Source of the DNA: an uncultured delta proteobacterium
GTDB taxonomy: Bacteria > Desulfobacterota > Binatia > UBA9968
Direction: 5' to 3'
NCBI GenBank assembly: GCA_963728565.1
Contig: CAVSLC010000013.1
Location: forward strand, 352,001-416,000
DNA length: 64,000 bases
In this document: positions 30,826 to 41,231 of the stretch, piece after piece
Layout: the number at the start of each line of letters is the position of its first letter
Numbering within the stretch: the first letter of the stretch is position 1
The notes under the pieces: generated by a model
What the model was told of the DNA's origin: nothing
The model's input: only the letters and a program-made list of their open reading frames with translations
The model's database searches: none
Position numbers and translations under genes: made by a program

Positions 30826-31749
30826 CTACTGCCACGAGTCGCGAAAACGCGTGGCAACGACCTCATCATAGGGTACAGGGCCGGATAAGTGTCCCACCGC
30901 TTGGGCAAATCGGTTCATGGCTTCAACCTCTTCTTGCAAGATGACCGGGTCATAAAATACCAGATCTCGTTTAACAACTGTGCTTATCAAGTCTGCGGCT
31001 TCCTTGGGAAACTTACGCCGCCCAACTTCCGCGGCAAGCGTGGGATCTGCTTTCAAAGCTTTTTGCGTTCTCACTATCGCACGCACAGCGGCAGTCACGG
31101 CGGCTGGGTTTCTTGCCGTGAAAATATCGCTAGTCACCATTCCCGCGAAAGTAAAGCGCCGGACTTCTCCCGGGTCGTCACCCCGGCGGACATCGACGAG
31201 AACTTTGCCGACTCCACGGCTGACCGCAGTCTCAGCACCCATCGCATTGGCCCAGAAACCATCAATTTGTCCTGCCTCCAATGCTCGTGCGGCAAACACC
31301 CCGAACGAGACGTCACGCCCTTTGGCGCCCGGCAATTCGATGATCTGTAAATCTCGATCAGGATCAATCTTCGCGCCGATCAGCATTTGCCGAAGCGCAA
31401 GGTCGGGGCCCTCGGCAGCCGTAAGACGAAGTCCTTTGATTGCGGTGAGGTCGCCACGTTTGGCTTTAAGGTCAGCACGCACAACGAGCAGCCAAGGAGT
31501 CCCCTTCGAAAGAGCGACGACTATCTTGACTCCTTTCCACTGAGGAAACTCGGTTAACACATCGTGCACCGAGCCTGCGATCATGGCATCGGCACTACCG
31601 TCGTGTAACGCTTTTGTGGCCCCTAACGATGCGACCAAGTCAATTCGCGCATCCAGCCCCTCCGCCTTGAAAAAACCTAGCTCATCTGCGGCCAACGCCG
31701 GGAAACACGTGTTGCTAATCAGATCGACCGCTGCAATGCGCATCTGCAA
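30826..31749 (-). CDS. NMT1/SsuA-type periplasmic-binding-fold protein without a signal peptide
   Basis: FP.LAA.ELGFFK.EGL, G.IDGFW, VPY.EVV; sequence begins at the first beta strand. Confidence 0.82.
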   Translation of the reverse strand: MQMRIAAVDLISNTCFPALAADELGFFKAEGLDARIDLVASLGATKALHDGSADAMIAGSVHDVLTEFPQWKGVKIVVALSKGTPWLLVVRADLKAKRGDLTAIKGLRLTAAEGPDLALRQMLIGAKIDPDRDLQIIELPGAKGRDVSFGVFAARALEAGQIDGFWANAMGAETAVSRGVGKVLVDVRRGDDPGEVRRFTFAGMVTSDIFTARNPAAVTAAVRAIVRTQKALKADPTLAAEVGRRKFPKEAADLISTVVKRDLVFYDPVILQEEVEAMNRFAQAVGHLSGPVPYDEVVATRFRDSWQ

Positions 31750-31963
31750 GATGTCCTCCGCGGATATCAGGGAAGAATTTTGCCGAAGCTAGCATATTGT
31801 CTGGCCCAGCAACAGTCAGATTGTCTGCTAAACAGGATCGTGGATTAGACCGGCCTACAAAGGTGGCGATTACAAAAACGCAAATGAGGATCAGAGAGCA
31901 TCCGTCCGCACAGGTGACGTGACGATCCGGGCCTCTTACTTAGCAAAGGGTGATAACTTTATC

Positions 31964-32008
31964 GAAAGCGGTTAGAGAGATCCAGGGAAAATCACTCTAA
32001 CCGCTTTC
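31964..32008 (-). terminator. Long hairpin (18-bp stem, one mismatch) downstream of 32034..32510
   Basis: GAAAGCGGTTAGAGAGAT-N9-ATCACTCTAACCGCTTTC. Confidence 0.65.
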
Positions 32009-32033
32009 ATAATTCAAACTAGTCAATCGATGA

Positions 32034-32510
32034 CTAGAAAAGCATTCCCCACGCGAGAAAACCCATGCCGACTAAACCGGCCATGGCACCGGCGGGACCG
32101 GTCGCGTACTTCCAAGCCAGGATAAGCGGGACGGCTTTCTTGATAGTCTCAAACGGCAATAACTTTTCCATTCCCCATCGGGCGATCAGATAGCGCTCCC
32201 CATCAAGCACACCAACCGCGATCGGATCCTTACTTACATCGCGTTTGCGCCATACTTCGACCTTGTCGAAAAACTCCGTAGCTTTCTGCACCTCTTCTGT
32301 AAGGGCGTACGGAATTCCGTAGGAAAAGTGCAGAGACTCTTCCTTGATGGCCCGAGCGGAAATTCGATTGATGTTGGCTGCTCGGACAGGGAGAAATAGA
32401 GTCCAGACGCGCCAATCCTCCTGAGAGATCTTGGGATAGGGTATCGGTCTTGCGTCCCCTCCTGCCATTATGGATCCGCTGTTTTCCTGCCTGTAGGTTT
32501 CAACGAACAT
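32034..32510 (-). CDS. Hypothetical protein with KDPIAVG...YLIARWG motif and C-terminal TM segment
   Basis: Strong GGGAGGTG RBS, own promoter, downstream hairpin. Confidence 0.75.
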   Translation of the reverse strand: MFVETYRQENSGSIMAGGDARPIPYPKISQEDWRVWTLFLPVRAANINRISARAIKEESLHFSYGIPYALTEEVQKATEFFDKVEVWRKRDVSKDPIAVGVLDGERYLIARWGMEKLLPFETIKKAVPLILAWKYATGPAGAMAGLVGMGFLAWGMLF

Positions 32511-32610
32511 AATTTCACCTCCCTCTCTGTTTTTTAATCTATCTAAATTCTCACATGATCAGGCCGACTATCGTAGTCACTGGAGGATGGCGAGTTGCTC
32601 TTAAAAGTGG

Positions 32611-32626
32611 CGCAAATTTTGTACCA
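32611..32626 (-). promoter_or_regulatory. Sigma54 (-24/-12) promoter, with candidate enhancer TGTC-N8-GACA at 32688-32703
   Basis: Minus-strand TGGTACAAAATTTGCG with exact GG-N10-GC spacing. Confidence 0.7.
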
Positions 32627-33218
32627 GCAAAATTCTTCGATCCGTCATGATTGCAGTCTCTATGTTCGGACAAATCCCCGCGCACTGTGTCAGTTACGAG
32701 ACAACATTCGTTTTCGAATTGGGTTGGATCCCGCACCGAGATCGTCAACCATACAGATTGGTTCCAGGGGAATTTGGCGACTGAATTAAGAACTAAATAG
32801 CAGTGATAACAAGATTTAGCACACCTTTCTAAATGAATACTTCATCCACGCGAGCAGTTTTTAACCTATCCCTAAAATCGATCCTCGATAAGCTCATTAA
32901 TACTTTGCTTAAGGCGCAACCATTTGTTTCAGATGTGAGATTGGTTCGATCATTTCGGAAACCGCGCGGTCCGTTCTCCAATGGCTAGCCTTGGTTGTTG
33001 AACTCTCTATGACCGCTCGTGATGCTGCAGATAGGCCTGACAGGCAGCTGCCTGTGGCATAGAAGCTGCGTTTTTTCAATCCGATACCGATAGAAAAGTC
33101 ACATCACCGCGATTTAACCGGCGTAATACCGTTTGGCGTTAATTCAAACGAACGCTTGTTGATCTCATACCCGAATTCTGAATACCTCGGATGCATGGAG
33201 AGGTACCCGGGAGGACGA

Positions 33219-33935
33219 ATGTTTCGTGAAAAAGTTGAGCTTAAAGATCTTGAACAGATGGACCCTGAGTATCGCGATCTTCTAACCCGAGTCGTGACAA
33301 TCCAGGCGGATTGTGAAATTGGCGGGCCACATCTTTATGCAAAGGATATTTTGCCGTCCGCTCCGACGAAGACCGACCAATTACTTGTCGCGCGCACTGC
33401 ATCTGAAGAGCTTGACCATTACCGCAAGATCGCCCGCGTAGCCGGAGATTTCGGCGTCGATGTGTCGTTCGTATTAAGCTGGCCCAACCAGGAGCGCTAC
33501 CTGGAGGCATTCCGAGGAACCATCAACACGTGGGCGGACTTCGCAGTCTTCGGATTCCTAATCGATCGTGTGGGACGTTACCAACTCGAAGAGTTCTTTG
33601 GTTGCAGCTATCAGCCGCTCACTGAGATTCTGCCGACCATCATCAAGGAAGAGATTGGCCACGTGGGGTACGGCGAAAGCAAAACAGCCGAGCTCGCGGC
33701 TAAAGGAGAAGAATCGAGAGAGAAAGTGCAGGCAGCGCTTGATAGATGGTACGTCAAAGCCCTGGATATGTTCGGCCGATCGGACTCGACCCGCGACCAG
33801 CGATACATCTATTGGGGGTTAAAACGTAGAACCAACGCCCAAGCGCGGCAGGAATTCATTCGCGAGGTTGACCCGCTCATTGAAAAACTAGGGTTGAGAG
33901 TGCCTGATCCTATTCAGGGCCGGCAATATCTTTAA
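33219..33935 (+). CDS. PaaA/PaaC-like ferritin-like diiron protein (aryl-CoA epoxidase family), stand-alone
   Basis: QADCE, EELDH, DRVG.YQL, SY.PL, KEEIGH, LDMFG; GGAGG RBS before MFREK. Confidence 0.85.
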   Translation: MFREKVELKDLEQMDPEYRDLLTRVVTIQADCEIGGPHLYAKDILPSAPTKTDQLLVARTASEELDHYRKIARVAGDFGVDVSFVLSWPNQERYLEAFRGTINTWADFAVFGFLIDRVGRYQLEEFFGCSYQPLTEILPTIIKEEIGHVGYGESKTAELAAKGEESREKVQAALDRWYVKALDMFGRSDSTRDQRYIYWGLKRRTNAQARQEFIREVDPLIEKLGLRVPDPIQGRQYL

Positions 33936-35889
33936 TAAAAAAAATAAAGAAAAGTGAAAGGATACGGACAATTCAAGATCATACCGCGGGCACTCAGCTG
34001 GGATTCTAGCGATTGCCACCGCGCGTAGCATTCTTCCAATTGATTTCCGAGCGCCTCGAGTCGCTCGAGAGCCGAAGTAATTGTCGCGCCGGGTTGCCGG
34101 TAGAAATCAGCTTGTGCCATCTTAAGTTGTAGTTCCGACTGCTCTGTCTCCAGCGCTTCAATTCTGGCCGGTAGCGATTCAAGCTCGCGCCTCTCCTTGT
34201 ACGACAACTTACCGTTATTTCTGCCGGGCCGATCAGGCTGGGCGGCGATTGCGGCCACAGGACTTTGGTGCTGCGTCTTAGCACGGCTTGCCTGACTCAG
34301 TTCCCGGCAACGAACCCAGTCCGAGTAGCCGCCGGCATATTCGACGAACCTCCCAGCGCCTTCATAGACCAATGTGCTGGTAACGATATTATCTAGAAAC
34401 GTTCGATCATGGCTTACAAGCAACAGTGTTCCTTGGAAGTCGGCTAGCAGATCTTCCAGCAGCTCTAGTGTATCGACATCGAGATCATTGGTGGGCTCAT
34501 CGAGAACTATCAGGTTGGCGGGTTGGGTAAAAATTTTGGCCAGCAGCAATCGATTGCGTTCGCCGCCGGACAGAGCCTTTACCGGCGAGTCGATCCGTTG
34601 CGGCGGGAACAGAAAGTCTTTCAGATATCCGATTACATGACGCGAACGGCCTTGAACGGAAACGTAATCGGAGTCGCTGAGGTTTTCGCGTACGGTCTTT
34701 TCGGGATCGAGAATACGCCGATGCTGATCAAAGTAGGCCAACTGGAGGCGCGTGCCCAAGACGACTTCTCCGCTGGTTGGCGTTATCTCACCCAAAATCA
34801 GCTTGAGCAGCGTAGTCTTGCCGGAACCGTTCGGACCGATAATGCCGACTCGATCACCGCGTAAGATGCGCGTCGACAACTCCCGAACAACCAGATCATC
34901 GCCATAGCCGAAACCTACACGATGCATATCGACCACCAGCTTTCCGGACAAAGCGCCGGCATCAATACCAAAACTGGCTTTACCCTGGGCGTCCAAGCGC
35001 TGGCTACGCTCCCGGCGCATCTCCTGAAGAGCCTGCACGCGTCCCTCATTGCGCGTTCGCCGTGCTTTGACACCGCGCCTGATCCAGGCTTCTTCCTCGG
35101 CCAGTTTTTTGTCAAACTTCGCGGCGGCGCGCTCTTCGACCGCCAGAAGCTCGTCCTTTTTCCGTAGATAGGCGTCGAAGTCGCCGGGATACGAATTCAA
35201 CCTACCGCGATCAAGCTCGACGATGCGCGTCGCCAGGTGGCGCAGAAAGCTTCGATCGTGAGTGATAAACATCAATGCGCCGCGAAAACCTAGGAGAAAC
35301 TTCTCGAGCCAGATAATCGTGCTGATATCAAGGTGGTTAGTCGGTTCATCCAGCAACAGGAGATCGGGCTCGCCAACCAGGGCCTTGGCCAGCATCACCT
35401 GACGACGGACACCGCCGGAACAAGCCTTCATCGGCTTGTCAGGAGGGAGCGCCAGCCGGGTCAGTACCGTTTCAACCTTCTGGTTCAGGTTCCACCCGCT
35501 CAAATAATTCGATACGCGCGTCCAGTTTTGCTAATTCATCGAGCGACAGGCCGTTCCGTCGCAGCAGCCTTTTGCGTCGCCTGATGATATTCGAATAAGA
35601 GCATTCCCAGCTCACCCAAACCGGAAGCAACCACCTCGAAGATCGTTTGTTCCTCGTCCGGTGGCACTTCTTGCTCTAAATGCGCAACCCGCAAACCTTC
35701 CTGAACCCAAACCTCGCCTGCTTCCGGAACAGCGTCGCCCGTGATGACACGGAATAATGTTGTCTTTCCAGTTCCGTTTCGACCGACAAGACAGACCCGC
35801 TCACCGGCATCGATCTGAAACTGAACATGAGCGAGCAACGGCAAATAACCGTAGGATAGCGAAATATTATCTAGGCGTAATAAAGGCAT
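33932..35889 (-). CDS. uup: ABC-F ATPase Uup, split by indels near 35505-35550
   Basis: Two ABC domains (GRNGTGKT, GPNGSGKT), GVKARRTRNEGRV linker, KLSYKE.REL..LP.RIE.LE C-terminal domain. Confidence 0.92.
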
Positions 35890-36059
35890 CGTTGTCGACG
35901 TCAGCGTAATTTACTAATGTAACAGTTTTGCCGACGAACTCAAAAAACTACGGTCTTTAACGAACAAGCATCAGTGGAGTTGGAACGTATGGGAGGCGCG
36001 CTGTTCGCGGTTCAGCGCTATTCAATCACACGCATTATATCCAACGCTGCAAATCGGCA

Positions 36060-36594
36060 TTACGGATCATGGTAGTTCGTCTCATCATGTTGAATCGTGT
36101 TGATGAACACGAGCTCTAAAGGACGCTGAGATTTCGTTGCCAGATCGACAAGCCGCTCGGCAGCCTCGCTTCTACGAAAAAAATTGCGAAAGCCAATCTG
36201 TTGGTACCTGCTCATCTGCGGCAGGCTTTCGAGCGTAAATTACCGCGGCACGATCGGCCATCAGATTACTGGATAAGCTTTGCGCCAGCGGCAAACCCTG
36301 TCCTGCGTTATTGCCGAAGATGATGTAATCGACGGAGTCACCAAGCGCCGGCAATGCAGCAATGATAGCGCCTAATGAGACATCGTCCCAGTTTCTCATT
36401 TCCAACGTGGCTTGTGCCTCGGTCAGTAGAGTTGGATAGCCTTCTGCAACTTGAAACACCCCATTGCGCTGAATACAGCGAGTCCAATGAAGCGGCGGTT
36501 GCATGACAAATTCTCCCACCGTGACTTCATTGTCCAAGATGAGGCCAAGGAAACGGTCGCTTCTACGTGCGGCAAGTTCAGCAGCTAATGTCAT
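36060..36594 (-). CDS. Hypothetical protein; probable frameshift near 36230
   Basis: AGGAGG RBS before MTLAAE; after a +1 shift an open frame continues ESLPQMSRYQQIGFRNFFRR...FINTIQHDETNYHDP to a stop. Confidence 0.6.
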
Positions 36595-36771
36595 GGTATC
36601 CCTTCTCCTCCTAGTCATCGTCGAGTGCATGCTCTCACCTACACCGTAGCGGAAGTTGCCGGTGAAGTCACCGTGGCGCTCTGTCCTAAGTGTAAGAACG
36701 GATTCAATCAGTGCAACAGAAATGCGACATGTGCAACGCGCTAATCCCAAAATTTTTTCAAAAGCCCTATG

Positions 36772-36787
36772 CGGCATAAGAATTGCC
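36772..36787 (+). promoter_or_regulatory. Sigma54 (-24/-12) promoter
   Basis: CGGCATAAGAATTGCC with GG-N10-GC spacing, about 40 nt before the lipoprotein ATG. Confidence 0.65.
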
Positions 36788-36824
36788 TTTTGATAATAAG
36801 CAAGAAACAGGAAAGGAGAACAGT

Positions 36825-37058
36825 ATGAAGAATGCTATTTACGCATTGTTGTTTACCGCCGCTCTAGCCCAGGCAGGATGTAGTCCGGAGTTCTGGGGAG
36901 GAACAGCGGTCGGTGCTCTGGGCGCCGGCGGAGGCTATGAATACAATAACAAACGGCAAATGGATAAGCTCGAAGACGATTTTCGAGCCGGTCGCATGGG
37001 CCGCGAAGAATATAATGACCGTAAGAGACAAATCGAGCGCGGATCAATAATCTACTGA
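36825..37058 (+). CDS. Small lipoprotein with glycine-zipper segment and SHOCT-like C-terminus
   Basis: AAGGAG RBS; lipobox QAGC; G.AVGALGAGGGYEY; GRM.REEY..RK.QI. Confidence 0.8.
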   Translation: MKNAIYALLFTAALAQAGCSPEFWGGTAVGALGAGGGYEYNNKRQMDKLEDDFRAGRMGREEYNDRKRQIERGSIIY

Positions 37059-37138
37059 AAAGAAGACTCTGATCCAGCTTCTCGGTAAGCATCATGCCTG
37101 CCGTTCGGATGAGTTTACACCGAGAGGTGACAATTAAC

Positions 37139-37891
37139 TCAGGCTGAACGGCAGGCGGCGGCTGCCTGCTGTAGACGGGTCTCGGTCGGATGATTCTTAT
37201 CGCCGGAATAATTTTGCCGTTGGAACTCCTCTAAGATCCGCACCCAAATGCTGCAATCCCACTGCAAGCTTTTCCAATACTGCATTCCATCAAGGTCCGC
37301 CTGAAGTTCCTTCTCCAACGAGTATGGCTGAAAGATGACATACCAGGGTAATCCAACATCGCGACTGGTCATTCCATATTCGTCGGACGAGCGATTGAAA
37401 TTAATCTGCCGATAATCGGCGTGACGCGCGATCTCGTGAGCGATCTCATGCGCCAAAGTTTGCCTGAGAAGCCAAAGATAACGCCGACTGTGAAGCGCAC
37501 GTTGGCCGAGCTTGTAACTGATATAAATTCGGCGTTGCCCGATGCTCATACCGAGAATGTCTGCGCGAGGGAAATCAGAGAGCGAAATTTTATACTTAGA
37601 TGTATTTGTTGCGTCTTCCGTGACCGCAAGAATTCGTTCCGCTTCGTCCTTGAGCAATCGTTCGATCGGCTCATCTTTGACAACAGAGATACTCGGCACC
37701 AGTGAGCAGGCAGGCAAGAACACAGTAAGAGCTAAGCTCAAGATTCGGACAACACCTGCCGAGCGCAGCCAAGGCTGACGTTTCGCTATGTTTGAGGCGA
37801 TTTTATTTTGCACGTCAACTGAGTTCCGTGAAGAGCCGAGAAAACTAGTTCGATCCCGCCTGCCCCCAAGGGATAGTATATTGACAATCAA
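37139..37891 (-). CDS. M48-family zinc metalloprotease (probable lipoprotein; true start may be downstream)
   Basis: LAHEIAH, ELQAD and HP...RL motifs; LPAC lipobox. Confidence 0.8.
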   Translation of the reverse strand: MIVNILSLGGRRDRTSFLGSSRNSVDVQNKIASNIAKRQPWLRSAGVVRILSLALTVFLPACSLVPSISVVKDEPIERLLKDEAERILAVTEDATNTSKYKISLSDFPRADILGMSIGQRRIYISYKLGQRALHSRRYLWLLRQTLAHEIAHEIARHADYRQINFNRSSDEYGMTSRDVGLPWYVIFQPYSLEKELQADLDGMQYWKSLQWDCSIWVRILEEFQRQNYSGDKNHPTETRLQQAAAACRSA

Positions 37892-38099
37892 GACGCAACG
37901 GTTTTCATCACGGCTAATCTAAAACACCGTCGGGGGTGAAAGCGGCGCTTCGCCCTGCAATATCTTCGGCTATGAAGAAGTACAACAAACATGTAGTCGC
38001 AGGAACTTAGCTGGCGGTGATATCAAGTAACGGAGATTTCCGGACCTTCGTACACTTACTGGACTTTCTCGCGGCGCGGGCTTAACGTTTGCCCGGAAC

Positions 38100-38979
38100 A
38101 TGCGAAGATCACTCATTATTCTTATCTTAGTTTGCGGCGGGCTCGGAGTCTTTGTCCTCGCCTTGCTGCTGTCCAACAGCGAATCTCTTCTACTGCAGCA
38201 TCTAGAGCGGAGCTGGGGCCGCAAGATCTCAGCGCGGGAAGTACGGATGACCTTTGTGCCCGGGATTGGATTGCATTTAAAAGAGTTCTCCATGGCGGAC
38301 GATCCGGTCTTTTCGAAGAACGCTTTTCTGACGGCCAACGATGTCACGGTGACTTTCAAGTTTCTGCCGCTTTTCCTTTATCAGCTTCGCATTAAAGAAG
38401 TCATCGTTCACGCTGCCGTGATCACAATTCTCCGTGACAGTGCCGGTGTTTACAATTTTTCCTCCCTCGGACCGGAAAGCACGAGGAAACAAAGCAGTGA
38501 GAGGTCGGTAACATCCCAGAGCCAAACGAGACGTTATTCGCCCGCGCTAATTCCCAACTCATTGATTCAGATCATGAACGGCACCATCCATTATGTCGAT
38601 CAGACGAACGGCAGTGATTTGACGGTGGACCGACTCGATTTTAAGACGACTGATTTGGACCACGAGAACTCTTTTGCGTTCGAACTGGCGATGGCCGTCT
38701 TTGCGCCGGAACAGAATCTAAAAATCAGAGCCGCCGTAGGTCCTCTCGGGGCCGAAAAAGGTCTTAGAGGACCTGCCGCTCGACGGCGAGCTGCGTTTTG
38801 ATCATTTCGATATGGGCAAACTCCGAGCTGCCTTGCCTGTCATCAAGCGAGAATTGCCCAAGGCCTTGGACCTTCGCGGTGTGTATTCAACCCAGGGTGT
38901 CAGATTCAAGGGAACTTTTAACCGGCCGTCGCTAAAGGGGCAGATTGAGGGAACGGATGCGTCATTCCGTTTTGATTAG
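38100..38979 (+). CDS. Short AsmA-family protein (N-terminal part only); frameshift near 38760
   Basis: N-terminal TM, DDP.FS...F, G.YNF.SLG shared with 41232..; the shifted frame continues LEDLPLDGEL...LPKALDL...LKGQIEGTDASFRFD to a stop. Confidence 0.78.
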
Positions 38980-38986
38980 TCGACCA

Positions 38987-39613
38987 TCAGAAGCTCTGCC
39001 AATTCAAAAAAGATTTTTTCGCGTAGAACGAATCGATGCTTAGCGGGACAGCAATGCCGCGGTCCTTCAGATACTCGGCAATCGCCTTCAATGGAAGGCC
39101 CACCGCCGCCAGATAGTCGCCTTCGATAGAGGTTATCAACTGACGCCCCTCGCCTTGTATCGAATAGGCGCCGGCTTTATCGAGGGATTCACCGCAAGCA
39201 AGATAATCTTCAACTGCAGCATCGGAGAAATCGCGCATTCTCACGGTGACTTTCTCGATGATCTTCAGGCCAGAGCCACCCGATCCATCGATGATCGCCA
39301 CACTGGTGTAGATGAAATGGGTTCGTCCCGCGAGCTTGACAAGCATCGCTCGAGCATCGGACAGGTCACGCGGTTTGCCGATTTTCGCCCCATCGAGTGA
39401 GATCATCGTGTCACTACCGATAACGATGGCTTGCGGATTCTGCCTTGCCACCGATTGAGCTTTACCGACCGCAAATTCGATAACCTCTTCTTCGATGCTC
39501 CGTAGCGACGACAAGGCTTCTTCAAAATCCGGCTGGATTACATCAAACGGCAGGCCGAGAAGCGCCAGTATTTCCCGGCGGCGCGGTGAGGTTGAAGCAA
39601 GAATCAGCCTCAT
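38987..39613 (-). CDS. maf: Maf nucleoside triphosphate pyrophosphatase
   Basis: LILASTSPRRRE, GSDT, GKP, DKAGAY.IQG, VGLP. Confidence 0.94.
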   Translation of the reverse strand: MRLILASTSPRRREILALLGLPFDVIQPDFEEALSSLRSIEEEVIEFAVGKAQSVARQNPQAIVIGSDTMISLDGAKIGKPRDLSDARAMLVKLAGRTHFIYTSVAIIDGSGGSGLKIIEKVTVRMRDFSDAAVEDYLACGESLDKAGAYSIQGEGRQLITSIEGDYLAAVGLPLKAIAEYLKDRGIAVPLSIDSFYAKKSFLNWQSF

Positions 39614-39687
39614 GGTATCGACGAAGTCTTGTTGGCTTGGCTTAGAGGCTAACGTGGCGCTCCGGCGTTACGATGGCTGCCGGATCT

Positions 39688-40863
39688 TCATGCCACTCGA
39701 TTGGTTCTGCGCTCCGCTTCGGTAGATTGGAAGGTGAAATTAAGTAAGCATTGTCTGACGTCCTCGGCGGTTTTTACTCGAACCATTTGCGAGCGCATTT
39801 CCGCCGCGCCGCGAAAGCCCCGGCAATACCAGGTTAGATGCTTTCGAATTCCGACGAAATTTTCACCCGATGCCTGCAGCTCATGATGGCTGCTATGCTC
39901 GGAGATGACGCGAAAGCGCTCTTCCAGGGTCACAGGCATGCTGGAAATGGATGAGTCCCGGTTTTCTGCGAGCGCGCGCTTTACCTGATGCTTGGCTCTA
40001 AAGATCCACGGATTGCCTTGAGCGACGCGCCCGAGAAGCACTCCGTCCACTTGTGTCTCACGAACACGGCGCTGGACTTGCGTCATATCCTGCAGATCGC
40101 CATTGCCAAGAATAAGGGTTTCCGACCCTTTGCCGACTTCCACGGCCCGCGCTATGGCGCCCCAATCGGCGTTGCCTTTGTATCCCTGCTGCAAAGTGCG
40201 GCCGTGGAGCGAGATAGCAGCCGGATTTTCTTCCAACAAAGTTGCAATCCAATCCGCGACTACGATGCGATCATAACCCAAGCGAGTCTTGACCGACACC
40301 GGGATCGGCAGCCGCTCACTCGGGCCATTTACCTTTGTGCGCAACCAATTGGCATCTCTGATCTTTGCGATAAGTTCAGGTTCCAATTGGATATCGCTGA
40401 GCGTCTGTCCGGCGCACCAGTCTTTGATACCGCGTTTTGCCGCTCTGATGATCGCACGAGCCAGTTCCGGCTCTCGGATCAGCGCCGCGCCGCACCCGGC
40501 TGCCGCGACTTTTTTCGCCGGGCACCCCATATTGATGTCCAAACCGTCAAAACCGAGCTCACAGACAATATGCGAGACTCGATAAAACATTTCCGGCGAA
40601 CGCCCGTAGATCTGCGCCACCACCGGTCGCTCGATTTCACAATAGGTCAGATCCTTAATCAGCGTGTGCGCCGCGTGAAAAGCGGCTTGGATATTAACGA
40701 ACTCGGTAAATGTCACATCGGGCCCGCCGTATTTGGCGGTGATGTAGCGAAACGATGCGTCGGTGACTCCGTCCATGGGCGAGAGACCGATAATTGGCGC
40801 GCTGATGGAGCGCCAAAAATTGGTCTGGTTAGAAAGAGCTTTCGAAGATTGCTGAGATGACAT
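39688..40863 (-). CDS. dus: tRNA-dihydrouridine synthase
   Basis: PMDGVTD, DINMGCP, VSVKTRLG, LHGRT, GNGD, GNPWIF. Confidence 0.93.
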   Translation of the reverse strand: MSSQQSSKALSNQTNFWRSISAPIIGLSPMDGVTDASFRYITAKYGGPDVTFTEFVNIQAAFHAAHTLIKDLTYCEIERPVVAQIYGRSPEMFYRVSHIVCELGFDGLDINMGCPAKKVAAAGCGAALIREPELARAIIRAAKRGIKDWCAGQTLSDIQLEPELIAKIRDANWLRTKVNGPSERLPIPVSVKTRLGYDRIVVADWIATLLEENPAAISLHGRTLQQGYKGNADWGAIARAVEVGKGSETLILGNGDLQDMTQVQRRVRETQVDGVLLGRVAQGNPWIFRAKHQVKRALAENRDSSISSMPVTLEERFRVISEHSSHHELQASGENFVGIRKHLTWYCRGFRGAAEMRSQMVRVKTAEDVRQCLLNFTFQSTEAERRTNRVA

Positions 40864-41231
40864 GACTATTATCCCCGGGACTAAAGCGGCTTATGGAGCT
40901 TAATCCATGTGACGGCCTAAACCAACCGACGACGACCAGCGGCTTAAAAATCATTCCCAAAAAACGTCCTCGATGCCGACCTTACCGGCACGGTCATCCC
41001 TATCCGAATGGAAATCAATGTGCGCGCCCTCTGGATGAGGATCAGGTCGTGAGCTAGGAGCGAAGATGCATCCAAAGAGAAGAGCGCCAAAGCTTTCATC
41101 CGCGCATTTTTCAGTTACACTGTATAGTACTCGTGCCGTGCATACTCAAATAAAAATCGCCCTGACCATCGGCCATCGCAAGTCGACTTCAACTATTCCC
41201 GCCGCTCGTATCGATCCTCCTGAGACAGGAG

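Noticed and set aside
39988-40860. Long antisense ORFs (for example 39988..40860 +, 18544..19296 +, 48420..49130 +)
   Set aside because: They lie opposite well-supported genes and show no motifs; treated as shadow ORFs
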